Origin: Acidobacteriota bacterium
GTDB taxonomy: Bacteria > Acidobacteriota > Thermoanaerobaculia > UBA5066 > Gp7-AA6
DNA length: 64,000 nucleotides
Reading direction: 5' to 3'
NCBI GenBank assembly: GCA_039931865.1
Contig: JBDTRB010000003.1
Location: 5,364 to 69,363 of the forward strand
This document shows, one piece after another, positions 11,895-20,518 of this stretch. The notes beneath the pieces are model-generated. The model saw nothing but the letters and a program-made list of their open reading frames with translations, was not told the DNA's origin and did no database searches. Within the stretch, counting starts at the first letter, position 1. Every line of letters begins with the position of its first letter. The position numbers and the translations under genes were made by a program.

Positions 11895-12374
11895 TCACAT
11901 CCGGTATTTGCCGAGATCTTCCGGATTCACTTCCTCGAGCCACTTTTTCAGCTTCTCGGGATCCGTCGCCCCTTCCGCGCGCACTGTCTTGCTGCGCTCG
12001 AGAACGTCTTCCTCGACGAAGATTTCCGCGCGCGCCCGCAACGCCAGAGCGATCGCGTCGCTCGGTCGACTATCGACCGTCCAGCGTTCTTCGCCGCGGG
12101 AAAGGTGCAGACGGGCGAAGAACGTGTTGTCCTTCAGCTCGTTGACGACGATGCGATCGACGTGCACGCCCAGCTCTGAGAGCACGTTGTGGAGCAGGTC
12201 GTGCGTCATCGGGCGAGGAGCCTGGATCTTTTCCATCTCGATCGCAATCGCGTTCGCTTCGAAGATTCCGACCCAGATCGGTAAGAACGCGCCGTCGTTC
12301 TGATCTCGCAGAATGACCACCGGCATATTGCTCACGGGGTCCATCAGCAGACCCTTGATTTCCATTTTCACCAT
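11895..12374 (-). CDS. bifunctional nuclease (DUF151) family protein
   Basis: MVKMEIKGLLMDPVSNMPVVILRDQNDGAFLPIWVGIFEANAIAIEMEK...RPMTHDL is the typical DUF151 core. Start at ATG 12372-12374, overlapping the miaB stop by 7 nt. Confidence 0.8.
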   Translation of the reverse strand: MVKMEIKGLLMDPVSNMPVVILRDQNDGAFLPIWVGIFEANAIAIEMEKIQAPRPMTHDLLHNVLSELGVHVDRIVVNELKDNTFFARLHLSRGEERWTVDSRPSDAIALALRARAEIFVEEDVLERSKTVRAEGATDPEKLKKWLEEVNPEDLGKYRM

Positions 12375-13765
12375 GAGGACTCCTCGGGGAGGGGGACAAG
12401 CCGGGTCGCATCGGGGATCCGCGCAATCAAGGAGTTCGGAAGTCCGCGGACGATTTCGACGTCCACGTAGGCGCCCGGGGCAGCGATGCCGTCTCCGTTT
12501 TCGATGTGGACGACCCGGTTGCAGGCGGTCCTGCCGCGAAGCAACCCCCGTCGGTCGAGGTTCTCGACGAGGACCTCGAACTTCTTTCCGACCAGGCTGC
12601 GGTTGATCTCGGTCTGGATCTCTTCCTGAAGGGCGAGCAGACGACCGAGCCGTTCGGCCGCCACCTCGTCCGGTATCTGCTGTTCGCTCCCCCATCGCGC
12701 CGCCGCCGTTCCAGGCCGCGGGGAGTAACGGAACGCGAAGACGTTGGCAAAGCGCGCCTCGCGCATCAGGGACAGGGTGGAGTCGAAGTCGTCCTCGCTT
12801 TCTCCAGGAAATCCGACGATGAAATCCGAAGAGAGCGCGATCCGGGGAACCACCTGCCGGAAGCGTTCGATCGTCGCGAGGTACGTCGCGCGGTCATACC
12901 GCCTCTTCATTCGATAAAGGATCCGATCGGACCCGGACTGAGCGGGAAGGTGCAGGTACGGCGCGACCGGCATGCCGCTGGCCATGGCATCCACGAGCGC
13001 GTCGTCCACGAGGCTCGGGTGGGAGGTGATGAACCGCAGGCGGCGCAGGCCGGGAACTGCGGCCGCGCGGCGGAGCAGCTCTCCCAGCCCGAACTTCCCT
13101 TCCGGGTCTTCGTAGGCGTTCACCGTCTGGCCGAGGAACATCACCTCGCGGTGGCCGCCATCAATCAGACAACGGACCTCATCGAGGATCTCCGACGCGC
13201 GGCGGCTCCGCTCCCGGCCGCGGGTAAAAGGCACGATGCAAAAGGTGCAGAACTGGTCACAACCCTCGATCACGGTGACGTAGGACTGGAAGGGAGACCC
13301 CCGGCGGATTTCGTGAAAGCGGTAGACGGGAGAATCGGTGGGCAGGTCCGTGGCCAGGATGCGCCGGCGTTCTCGCCGGATCTCGTCCACGATCTCGCCC
13401 GCGCGCGCGATCTCGCCCGTGCCGAGCACGAAATCGACGAAGGGCGCACGTTCCAGGATTTCGTCTTTTTCGACCTGGGCGACGCACCCGGTGACGCCGA
13501 TCACCATGTCGGGCCGTTCGCGTTTCCGGCGAGCCAGGACTCCCAGAGCGCTGTACACCTTCGCTTCGGCTTTCTCCCGAACCGCGCAGGTGTTCAGAAG
13601 GACGACATCCGCATCTTCCTGTTCCGCCGCAGCCACGTAGCCCCGGGCGTCGAGCTGGCCTGCCATTCGCTCGCCGTCCAGGACGTTCATCTGGCAGCCC
13701 CACGTCTCGACTCGGTATTTGACGTAAGGTATTGCAGATAAAGGAGTTGGAGTTCGGCTGCTCAT
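12368..13765 (-). CDS. miaB: tRNA-2-methylthio-N6-dimethylallyladenosine synthase (MiaB family)
   Basis: Motifs: TWGCQMN, LLNTCAVREKAE, radical-SAM CDQFCTFCIVP, and a TRAM-like C-terminus. The start is placed at ATG 13763-13765 because it forms an ATGA overlap with the upstream stop; an alternative ATG lies at 13775-13777. Confidence 0.9.
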   Translation of the reverse strand: MSSRTPTPLSAIPYVKYRVETWGCQMNVLDGERMAGQLDARGYVAAAEQEDADVVLLNTCAVREKAEAKVYSALGVLARRKRERPDMVIGVTGCVAQVEKDEILERAPFVDFVLGTGEIARAGEIVDEIRRERRRILATDLPTDSPVYRFHEIRRGSPFQSYVTVIEGCDQFCTFCIVPFTRGRERSRRASEILDEVRCLIDGGHREVMFLGQTVNAYEDPEGKFGLGELLRRAAAVPGLRRLRFITSHPSLVDDALVDAMASGMPVAPYLHLPAQSGSDRILYRMKRRYDRATYLATIERFRQVVPRIALSSDFIVGFPGESEDDFDSTLSLMREARFANVFAFRYSPRPGTAAARWGSEQQIPDEVAAERLGRLLALQEEIQTEINRSLVGKKFEVLVENLDRRGLLRGRTACNRVVHIENGDGIAAPGAYVDVEIVRGLPNSLIARIPDATRLVPLPEESSW

Positions 13766-14466
13766 TCGCGTAACCATCCCGGGAGGGCTCCGGCGCGCCG
13801 GGCCTTTTCGGGCAGTTCTGCCAGGTCTGTCTCCGCCTGCGCGAGCTCCTTCCTCGTCGTCTCGAGCTCTTCGCGCTTCTTGTCCCACGCGGGCTTGATC
13901 ACGCGATCGCGATATTGCCCGTCGTCCCAGCGGTAAAAATCGTTCTCGAGCTGCCTGGTCTCACCGTCGAGGGCGGCGAGTTGCGCCGTCAATTCGTCCA
14001 CACGCCGCCGGGCGGCGTGCGCGGCATCTTTCCACCTGGCCTCTTCCGCTCCCGGCGCAGACAGCGCAGACGGCACCGCCGGAGTCGCAATTGGAGCGAT
14101 GACGGTGGTGGACGGCACCGCGCCGGCGGCCGGGGCAACGGTCGGCGCGGGCGCGGGCGCGGGCGCGGGCGAAGCTGAGCGCGACTTGGCGGTTGAAAGG
14201 CGGCCCTTCGCCGGGTCCTTCACGAGGCTGTCGTTCGTGATGGCTACAGGCTTCTGGTCGCGGGGGTGACGGGAGTTGCCGGCGGCGCGGACGACGTCGG
14301 CGAGCGACTGCCCCTCCGTCGCACCGGGGACGGGGGTCCGCCCGAAACCGCCCGAGAGCTTCGGGCGCGGCGTTGGGGTCGGCGCGACCGGAGCGGCTGG
14401 GGCGAAGGCCGGGAACGCGAGGACGGCTGCCGCGAGGAGGTGGCGCCGCACGGTCACCGCGCTCAC
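13762..14466 (-). CDS. hypothetical secreted protein with Ala/Pro linker and C-terminal coiled coil
   Basis: Signal-like MSAVTVRRHLLAAAVLAFPAFAPA, an (AP)n linker, and a C-terminal heptad-like segment RRRVDELTAQLAALDGETRQLENDFYRWDD...ELETTRKELAQAETDLAEL. No family recognised. Confidence 0.6.
   Translation of the reverse strand: MSAVTVRRHLLAAAVLAFPAFAPAAPVAPTPTPRPKLSGGFGRTPVPGATEGQSLADVVRAAGNSRHPRDQKPVAITNDSLVKDPAKGRLSTAKSRSASPAPAPAPAPTVAPAAGAVPSTTVIAPIATPAVPSALSAPGAEEARWKDAAHAARRRVDELTAQLAALDGETRQLENDFYRWDDGQYRDRVIKPAWDKKREELETTRKELAQAETDLAELPEKARRAGALPGWLRE
14144..14171. repeat. in-frame hexanucleotide microsatellite (GGCGCG)x4 encoding (AP)n
   Basis: Read directly. Lies inside CDS 13762..14466 and encodes SPAPAPAPAP on the minus strand. 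Confidence 0.8.
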
Positions 14467-14816
14467 GGGGTGGTTGTCCCCTGGCGGCCGTAGGCGTCGT
14501 CCAGGCGCACCACGTCGTCCAGCTCGGGCGAGGAGACCTCGACGAGATCGCAGTCGGCCTCTGCCCGCAGGCGATGACGCACCCCGGCACGGATTCGAAA
14601 TGCCTCCCCTTTGCGCAGCCGGATCTCCTGCATCTCGCCTTCGATCTCCACGGAGAGAGCGACCTCGCCGTTCAACACGTAGAGGGTCTCGTCCTTGCGC
14701 TCATGGTACTGCAGCGAGAGGCAGTGGCCCCCGTCCAGGTGGAGGATCTTGCCGGCATACTTCTCGTTCTCCGCGAACACGAGCTCGTGCCCCCAGGGTT
14801 TTGCGACTCGCCTCAT
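14463..14816 (-). CDS. cupin-domain protein (mannose-6-phosphate isomerase type II-like cupin)
   Basis: Shows the cupin pattern KPWGHELVFAENEKYAGKILHLDGGHCLSLQYHERKDETLYVLNGE...IRAGVRHRL. Has a 4-nt overlap with the downstream start. Confidence 0.8.
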   Translation of the reverse strand: MRRVAKPWGHELVFAENEKYAGKILHLDGGHCLSLQYHERKDETLYVLNGEVALSVEIEGEMQEIRLRKGEAFRIRAGVRHRLRAEADCDLVEVSSPELDDVVRLDDAYGRQGTTTP

Positions 14817-14823
14817 GGTTTCC

Positions 14824-16587
14824 TCATTTTCTGGCTTCTTCCGTCACGTCCGTCCGAACCCTGGAAGTCTCCCGGCGCGGCTCCGGGTCCGAAGCCGACT
14901 TGAAGATCTTCTCGATCTCGCCCGGCTCGGAGCAGGCGAGCGCGCGATCCATCAGCGAAGCGGCGCGGGCCGAGTCGATGCGGGCGAGGTCCTCCTTCAC
15001 CCCCGGAATGGCGACCGGCGTGACCGAAAGCTCTCGAACCCCGAGCGCCACGAGGGCCCGGATCCCGGAGGTCTCCGACGCCATTTCCCCGCAGACCGCA
15101 ACGGGCCGTTTCCTGGCTGCCGCACTTTCGACGACGAACTTCATCATGCGCAGAATGGCGGGGTGAAGCGGGCTGTAGAGCGCCGAGACCTCGGGGTTCG
15201 CCCGGTCGACCGCGAGGCCGTATTGCGCCAGGTCGTTGGTTCCGATCGAGAAGAAGTCCGACTCCTCCGCGAGTCGGTCGGCAAGGAGTGCCGCCGAAGG
15301 GACTTCGATCATCACCCCGAGCTCCGGAATCGCTGTCACACCGAGACGTGCAGCCACTTCCAGCAACCGCCGGCGCGCTTCGCGTAGCTCGGAGAGTGAG
15401 GTCACCATCGGCAGCAGGATCTTCAGGTCCCCGCGCGCGGAGGCGAGGCAGAGGGCGGACAGCTGCTCGTCGAAGAGCTCGGGGTGCGCCAGACAGTAGC
15501 GAAGTCCGCGCAGCCCCAGGGCGGGATTCTCGCCGGCGGCGGGTGCGATCCCCTTCTCGCCGCCGAGATCGTACGTGCGGATTACGACCGGATGCGGCGC
15601 CGCCGCCGCGAGCAGCTCCTCGTAGGCCGCCCTCTGTTCTTCGACTCCGGGAGTACGGGGCGCCGTCTTCAAGTAAAGGAATTCGGACCGGAAGAGGCCG
15701 ACGCCTTCGGCGTGCCAGCGCTCGAGCGCGGCGACTTCTTCGGGAAGCTCCAGGTTGGCGCGTACGACCACACGGACGCCGTCGCGCGTCGCGGCGGCTC
15801 CCGCGGTGCGGTTGCGCAGCCGCCGCGCCCGCTCGCGTGATTCGTCCACCTGAAGGAGCGCCTGGCGGAGCCTCCCTTTCGATGGCGTGGGCTCGACCGT
15901 GCCCCGGTCGCCATCGACCACGATCGGCCGGTCGGGCGAGATCGAATCGCAGATTCCGAGCAGGCCGACCACTGCCGGCAGGCCGAACGATCGCGCGATG
16001 ATGCTGGCGTGCGAGGTCTGCCCGCCGCGCTCGAGCGCCAGCGCGCGGACCTTCCGCGGATCGAGCCGCGCCGCGTTGACGGGTGAAAGCTCGTCCGCCA
16101 CCAGGATCGATCCGCGCGGCAGGTCGGCTTCGAAAACCCGGCTGCCGGCAGTCGAGAGGTGGGCCGCAACCTCCCGGGCAACGTCGGTGATGTCGGCGGC
16201 CCTCTCGCGCATCGCGGCTGAATCCGCCCGCTCGAGGCGCTCCCCGAAATCGCGCGCGACCGCCGCGAGGGCCCACTCGACGTTCACGCGCTCGCGGCTC
16301 ATGTGCTCGACGATCGCGGAGAGGAAGGTCTCGTCGGCAGCGATCAACCCGTGGGCTTCGAGAATCGCCGCGAGCTCGCTCCCCATCTCCCCTATCGAAT
16401 CGCGCGAATGCTGGAGGAACTCCTCGGACGCGGCCCGCGCCGCGCGCCGAAGGCGTCGCTCCTCGCCTTCCAGGTCCGCGGCGTCGATCGCGCGCCGGAA
16501 TGCCGGCAACCCGGCAAAGCGCACGATCACGGCCCGGCCAACCGCCATCCCGCGGGAAACCGGGAGACCCTGGAGCACGTTCGTCAT
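14824..16587 (-). CDS. ptsI: phosphoenolpyruvate-protein phosphotransferase (PTS Enzyme I), no N-terminal GAF domain
   Basis: Motifs: GGQTSHASIIARSFGLPAVVG (phospho-His region), FRSEFLY, FFSIGTNDLAQY, VCGEMA. Confidence 0.93.
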   Translation of the reverse strand: MTNVLQGLPVSRGMAVGRAVIVRFAGLPAFRRAIDAADLEGEERRLRRAARAASEEFLQHSRDSIGEMGSELAAILEAHGLIAADETFLSAIVEHMSRERVNVEWALAAVARDFGERLERADSAAMRERAADITDVAREVAAHLSTAGSRVFEADLPRGSILVADELSPVNAARLDPRKVRALALERGGQTSHASIIARSFGLPAVVGLLGICDSISPDRPIVVDGDRGTVEPTPSKGRLRQALLQVDESRERARRLRNRTAGAAATRDGVRVVVRANLELPEEVAALERWHAEGVGLFRSEFLYLKTAPRTPGVEEQRAAYEELLAAAAPHPVVIRTYDLGGEKGIAPAAGENPALGLRGLRYCLAHPELFDEQLSALCLASARGDLKILLPMVTSLSELREARRRLLEVAARLGVTAIPELGVMIEVPSAALLADRLAEESDFFSIGTNDLAQYGLAVDRANPEVSALYSPLHPAILRMMKFVVESAAARKRPVAVCGEMASETSGIRALVALGVRELSVTPVAIPGVKEDLARIDSARAASLMDRALACSEPGEIEKIFKSASDPEPRRETSRVRTDVTEEARK

Positions 16588-16667
16588 CGGCGCTGCTCGG
16601 GAGAGCGACTGGCCGGGGATCGGACCTGGACGCGCCCGTTCACCCGTCCGCCGTCACCCGATCGCTC

Positions 16668-16937
16668 TCATTCTTCCTCGTCGAAGCTTCGCGCGACCAG
16701 GTCCTCGACCGCGGCGAACGCGTCGGCTTCGTCTTCGCCCGCGACGTAAAGAGTGATGTGAGTTCCCTGCGAGGCGGCGAGCAGGAGGATACCGAGGATG
16801 CTCTTGCCATCCACCTCTTCCCCGTTCTTCCGGATCTTGACCGCCGAGCGAAAGCGGCTCGCGGTCTGCACGAATTTCGCCGCCGCCCGCGCGTGAAGCC
16901 CGAGCCGGTTCCGGATGGCGAGATCTCTCTCGATCAT
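16668..16937 (-). CDS. ptsH: phosphocarrier protein HPr/NPr
   Basis: 89 aa. Has His15 in RNRLGLHARAAAKF and the Ser46 context VDGKSILGIL, which is the HprK target site. ATGA overlap with the upstream gene at 16934-16937. Confidence 0.9.
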   Translation of the reverse strand: MIERDLAIRNRLGLHARAAAKFVQTASRFRSAVKIRKNGEEVDGKSILGILLLAASQGTHITLYVAGEDEADAFAAVEDLVARSFDEEE

Positions 16938-17377
16938 CCGTCTCCCCTCTGCATCGCCACCGCGGAGGCTGCGTCTTCGTCTGCCAGGAGATCGGAGGCG
17001 ACGCAGATGGACCGCTGCCCCCGGTCCTTCGCGACATGAGCGACCTCGACGACGCTCTTGCCGCTGTCCTGCAGCGCGGCGCACTTCAGGACCATCGGAA
17101 GGTTCACGCCCGTCACGATCTCGACGCGATTCTTCTCGAGGAACGAGAGCGTCAGGTTCGTCGGGGTTCCCCCGAACATGTCGGTCAGGATGACGGCCCC
17201 GTGTCCCCCGTCCGCCTCCTTGAGCCCCCGCGCGATTCGCTCGCGAGCGTCCTCTCCAGTCTGGTTCCACTCGAGCGCGACCGCGACGATGCGCGCGATC
17301 TCGGGCTGAATGGTCAGCGCTGCGTCCCGCAGCTCCTCCGCGAGCCGTCCGTGAGTGACGATCAGAACTCCGATCAT
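16934..17377 (-). CDS. PTS EIIA component, mannose/fructose family
   Basis: MIGVLIVTHGRLAEEL (active-site His loop) and ...VILTDMFGGTP are typical of EIIA-Man. No EIIB/C/D genes lie nearby. Confidence 0.85.
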   Translation of the reverse strand: MIGVLIVTHGRLAEELRDAALTIQPEIARIVAVALEWNQTGEDARERIARGLKEADGGHGAVILTDMFGGTPTNLTLSFLEKNRVEIVTGVNLPMVLKCAALQDSGKSVVEVAHVAKDRGQRSICVASDLLADEDAASAVAMQRGDG

Positions 17378-17393
17378 GCGAGGACCGGAGCCT

Positions 17394-18284
17394 TCACTGC
17401 CGGGTCGCGTCCCGATGCGAGACCCGCACCGGGAAGCCGCGTTCCTTCAGCGCCTCCGCGAGACGCTCCGCGACGTACACCGAGCGGTGCTTGCCCCCTG
17501 TGCATCCGATGCCGATCGAGAGGTAGCTCTTGTGCTCCCGCTCGTAAAGCGGAAGCAGGTAATCGAAGAATCCGGTCAGCTTCTCCAGGAATGGCGCCGT
17601 CTCGGGATCGCTTTCGATGTAAGCCGCGACCGCGGCGTCCGACCCGGTCTTTCCCTTGAGCTCGGGGACGAAGTGCGGGTTATTCAGGAAGCGCACGTCG
17701 AAAACGAGGTCCACGTCATGAGGCACGCCAAACTTGAATCCGAAGGATGTCGCCGACACCACCATCCGCGCTTCGTCCGGATTCACGGCGAAGGTCTTCT
17801 GAATGAAGGATCGCAGTTCGTGAACCGTCATGTCGGACGTGTCCAGCACGACGTCCGCCACCGAGCGGACTTCTTCCAGCATCTGGCGCTCACTGCGCAG
17901 GGATTGGAGAAGAGACCGGTCTCCCGACAGCGGGTGCGGCCGGCGCGTTTCGGAGAAACGCCGGATCAGCGACTCCTCGGATGCATCCAGAAAGAGGAGC
18001 CGGGTGCCGGGCACCTGCTGCCGGAGGTGGCCCAGGATCTCCGGAAACCGCGACGCGAAATCGGGGTTGCGGACGTCTAAGATGACGCCGACTCGAGGCG
18101 CGCTCTTCTGGAGCAGGAGAGGCTCGACGAGCTCGAGCGGGAGATTGTCGACGCAGAAGTAGCCGATGTCCTCGAGGCATTTGTTGACGTAGCTCTTCCC
18201 GGATCCCGAAAGCCCCGTCACGATGACGAGGCTCTCGGGCGCGCCCACGAGTCTCGGGGTGGGAACCGGGTTCGGGGTGCTCAT
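17394..18284 (-). CDS. rapZ: RNase adapter / nucleotide-binding protein RapZ (YhbJ)
   Basis: Walker A VTGLSGSGKS, then DNLP..L, then the C-terminal IGCTGGKHRSV. Confidence 0.9.
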   Translation of the reverse strand: MSTPNPVPTPRLVGAPESLVIVTGLSGSGKSYVNKCLEDIGYFCVDNLPLELVEPLLLQKSAPRVGVILDVRNPDFASRFPEILGHLRQQVPGTRLLFLDASEESLIRRFSETRRPHPLSGDRSLLQSLRSERQMLEEVRSVADVVLDTSDMTVHELRSFIQKTFAVNPDEARMVVSATSFGFKFGVPHDVDLVFDVRFLNNPHFVPELKGKTGSDAAVAAYIESDPETAPFLEKLTGFFDYLLPLYEREHKSYLSIGIGCTGGKHRSVYVAERLAEALKERGFPVRVSHRDATRQ

Positions 18285-19255
18285 TCCGTGTGCTCCGACG
18301 CCTTCATGTTCTTGGCGATCTGTTCGTCGACTTTCAGGGCGAACTCCTTGGCGGCGTCATAACCCTGGGTCTTCAGCAGCTCGTTGCGCGCGGCGATCTC
18401 GATCAGAAGGGCGATGTTGCGCCCCGAAGCGACCGGCAGCCGCAGAAGGGGGCGGGGCCTGTCCAGGATCGTGTACGTTTCGCCGTCCAAACCGAGTCGA
18501 TCGTACCGCTTTGTGGGGTCCCACCGCTGAAGCTCGATCACGAGCTCGATCGACTTCGAGGCCCGCACTGCCGACACCCCGAAGAGATGCTTGATGTTGA
18601 TGATGCCGATCCCCCGCAGCTCCATGTGGTACCGGATCATCTCCGCTGCGCGGCCTACGATCGACCCGTTCGGGTACTTGCGGATCTCGACCACGTCGTC
18701 CGCCACCAGCCGGTGGCCGCGCTGAATGAGGTCGAGCGCGCATTCGCTCTTCCCGATGCCTGAGTCGCCGACCAGCAGCACGCCCATCCCATACACGTCC
18801 ACGAGAACGCCGTGGACGGTGGTCGACGGAGCGAGCTCGTCTTCCAGGATGCGAGTGATGGACTGGATCACGACCGACGTGGTCTGGTCGGACACCAGCA
18901 GCGGGACCTCGCGGATGCGGCACTCCCGGATCAGGTCCTCCGGAACCACCTGCCCCTTCGTCACCACGAACGCGGCGACCGGCAGCGCGCAGATCGCCGA
19001 GATTCTCTCCGAGCGCACCACCGGCGGCATCGTGTCGAGGTAGTTGAGCTCGCTCTCGCCGAGGATCTGGATCCGCCCCGGCTTGATGAAGGCTTCGTAT
19101 CCCGCGAGCGCCAGACCGGGCCGCTGGATGCGCCCCCAGGAGATCACCCGGGAGAAGCCGGCTTCCCCGGCGACTGTCCGCAAACCGAGATCGGAGAGCG
19201 CCTGGGATCGCAGAACGTCGGCGGTCAGGCCGCGGCGGGCGACGGTGATGCTCAT
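18281..19255 (-). CDS. hprK: HPr kinase/phosphorylase
   Basis: Motifs: HGVLVDVYGMGVLLVGDSGIGKSECALDLIQRGHRLVADD and MELRGIGIINIKHLFG. Confidence 0.93.
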   Translation of the reverse strand: MSITVARRGLTADVLRSQALSDLGLRTVAGEAGFSRVISWGRIQRPGLALAGYEAFIKPGRIQILGESELNYLDTMPPVVRSERISAICALPVAAFVVTKGQVVPEDLIRECRIREVPLLVSDQTTSVVIQSITRILEDELAPSTTVHGVLVDVYGMGVLLVGDSGIGKSECALDLIQRGHRLVADDVVEIRKYPNGSIVGRAAEMIRYHMELRGIGIINIKHLFGVSAVRASKSIELVIELQRWDPTKRYDRLGLDGETYTILDRPRPLLRLPVASGRNIALLIEIAARNELLKTQGYDAAKEFALKVDEQIAKNMKASEHTE

Positions 19256-19755
19256 GCGCGGACGGCCGGGATCGACGACTCGGCCTCCTTGATCTTCGCG
19301 AACAGTTCCTCCGGCGTCACCGCGCGGCGCAGAGCGTCGGCGACCCCCGGGGTCTTGAGCAGACGCGAGATGCGGGCAAGCGCCTGCAGGTGCATCGCCG
19401 GAGCCTCGGCCGGAGAGAGGATCAGGAAAATCAGAGTTACGGCGACTTCATCGGGCGCGTGGAAGTTCACTCCCCCGGGGGACGACGCGACCGCGAGGAC
19501 GATCTCGTCGAGCTCCTTCAGCTTGCAGTGAGGGATAGCGATTCCCGCACCGAGCCCCGTGCACCCGAGGCGCTCTCTCTCGAGCAGCCGGCGGGTCAGG
19601 TCGGAGGCGTCCGAAACCGCGCCTGCGGCTTCGAGCCGGCGGGAGAGGTCGCCGAGCACTTCCTCGACGCCCCCGGAGGGCACAGCCGTGAAGATGAACC
19701 GGGGGTTGACGACCCCCTGAAGAAAGCCTGTCGCTTCACCGCTGGTGGCGCTCAC
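19252..19755 (-). CDS. ptsN: PTS EIIA-Ntr (nitrogen regulatory IIA)
   Basis: Fold pattern of EIIA-fructose/Ntr with the GAGIAIPHCK active-site His. Sits immediately downstream of hpf/rpoN. Confidence 0.85.
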   Translation of the reverse strand: MSATSGEATGFLQGVVNPRFIFTAVPSGGVEEVLGDLSRRLEAAGAVSDASDLTRRLLERERLGCTGLGAGIAIPHCKLKELDEIVLAVASSPGGVNFHAPDEVAVTLIFLILSPAEAPAMHLQALARISRLLKTPGVADALRRAVTPEELFAKIKEAESSIPAVRA

Positions 19756-19931
19756 AGGGAAACTCTCTCACGGCCGCGCGGCGGCGGGGCGGGAACGAGA
19801 ACCGTGCCGCGCGCTTCCGGAGGGCCGCCCTGGGTGATTCCCTCTGCCCCGGCGCCGGAGCTCTCCCGAATCTTCGTCGGCCTACTCCTCACGACCCGTG
19901 TTTCCGGACACTTCACCCGCCACAGGGCGCG

Positions 19932-20498
19932 TCAGCATTCCGGCACGATCAGCCCGAAATCGCCGTCCCTCCGGCGATAGAGGACCGAAATTTTTTCGGA
20001 GCTCGAGTCGCGAAATACGACGAAGTCCTCCCGAGATCCATCGATGCGCATCGCAGCCTCTTCGATGCTCATCGGTTTGGCGGCCGCTTTGCGGCCCGTG
20101 CGCACGATCCGCGGTTCGGCAGCGCGCGCGGAGCGCTTCCCGGGCGCCCGTTCGGCCGGCCCGGCGCCTTCCGAGATCCGCAGCGGAATCGCGACGGCCG
20201 CCCCGCGATGCCTGCGGTCATGCCGCTTCTCCGCGTCTTTCGAGGCCTGCACGTCGATCTTTTCGAAGGCGAGCGTCAGCGCGGAGCGAGCCTCCCCCGT
20301 CTCTTCCTGCGCGGTCCACCGGCGGCGGCGGAAGGTCGCGATGACCTCGGCGCTGAAACGATGCTTCTCGTGCGTGAGCACGACGCGAACGCCGACCGGC
20401 CCGCCCAGGTGTCGTTCGAGCCGCGAGGCGCGCTCCTCGGCGAGGGCCCTCAGGCGAGGCGTGATTTCGACGCCGCGCCCGGTGCATTCGACTGCCAT
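19932..20498 (-). CDS. hpf: ribosome hibernation promoting factor, long form
   Basis: Start at ATG 20496-20498, preceded by GGAGG. N-terminal S30AE-like domain (VEITPRLRALAEERASRLERH) and C-terminal dimerisation domain (MSIEEAAMRIDGSREDFVVFRDSSSEKISVLYRRRDGDFGLIVPE). The longer 346-aa ORF was rejected. Confidence 0.88.
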   Translation of the reverse strand: MAVECTGRGVEITPRLRALAEERASRLERHLGGPVGVRVVLTHEKHRFSAEVIATFRRRRWTAQEETGEARSALTLAFEKIDVQASKDAEKRHDRRHRGAAVAIPLRISEGAGPAERAPGKRSARAAEPRIVRTGRKAAAKPMSIEEAAMRIDGSREDFVVFRDSSSEKISVLYRRRDGDFGLIVPEC

Positions 20499-20518
20499 GG
20501 TGCCTCCGCTGCCCGAAT

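Noticed and set aside
11809-11943. Longer ParA N-terminus starting at 11943
   Set aside because: It would overlap the upstream nuclease gene by 49 nt and add a 45-aa Arg/Gly-rich leader. GTG at 11806-11808 gives the canonical MIISITNQKGGVGKTT start. It is kept as an alternative because no clear SD precedes the GTG.
9000-12400. parS centromere site (TGTTNCACGTGAAACA) near parAB
   Set aside because: There is no CACGTG-centred 16-mer close to the consensus in or around parAB. The CACGTG-centred sequences elsewhere (for example near 47335, 54402 and 57523) match at most one half-site and lie inside genes.
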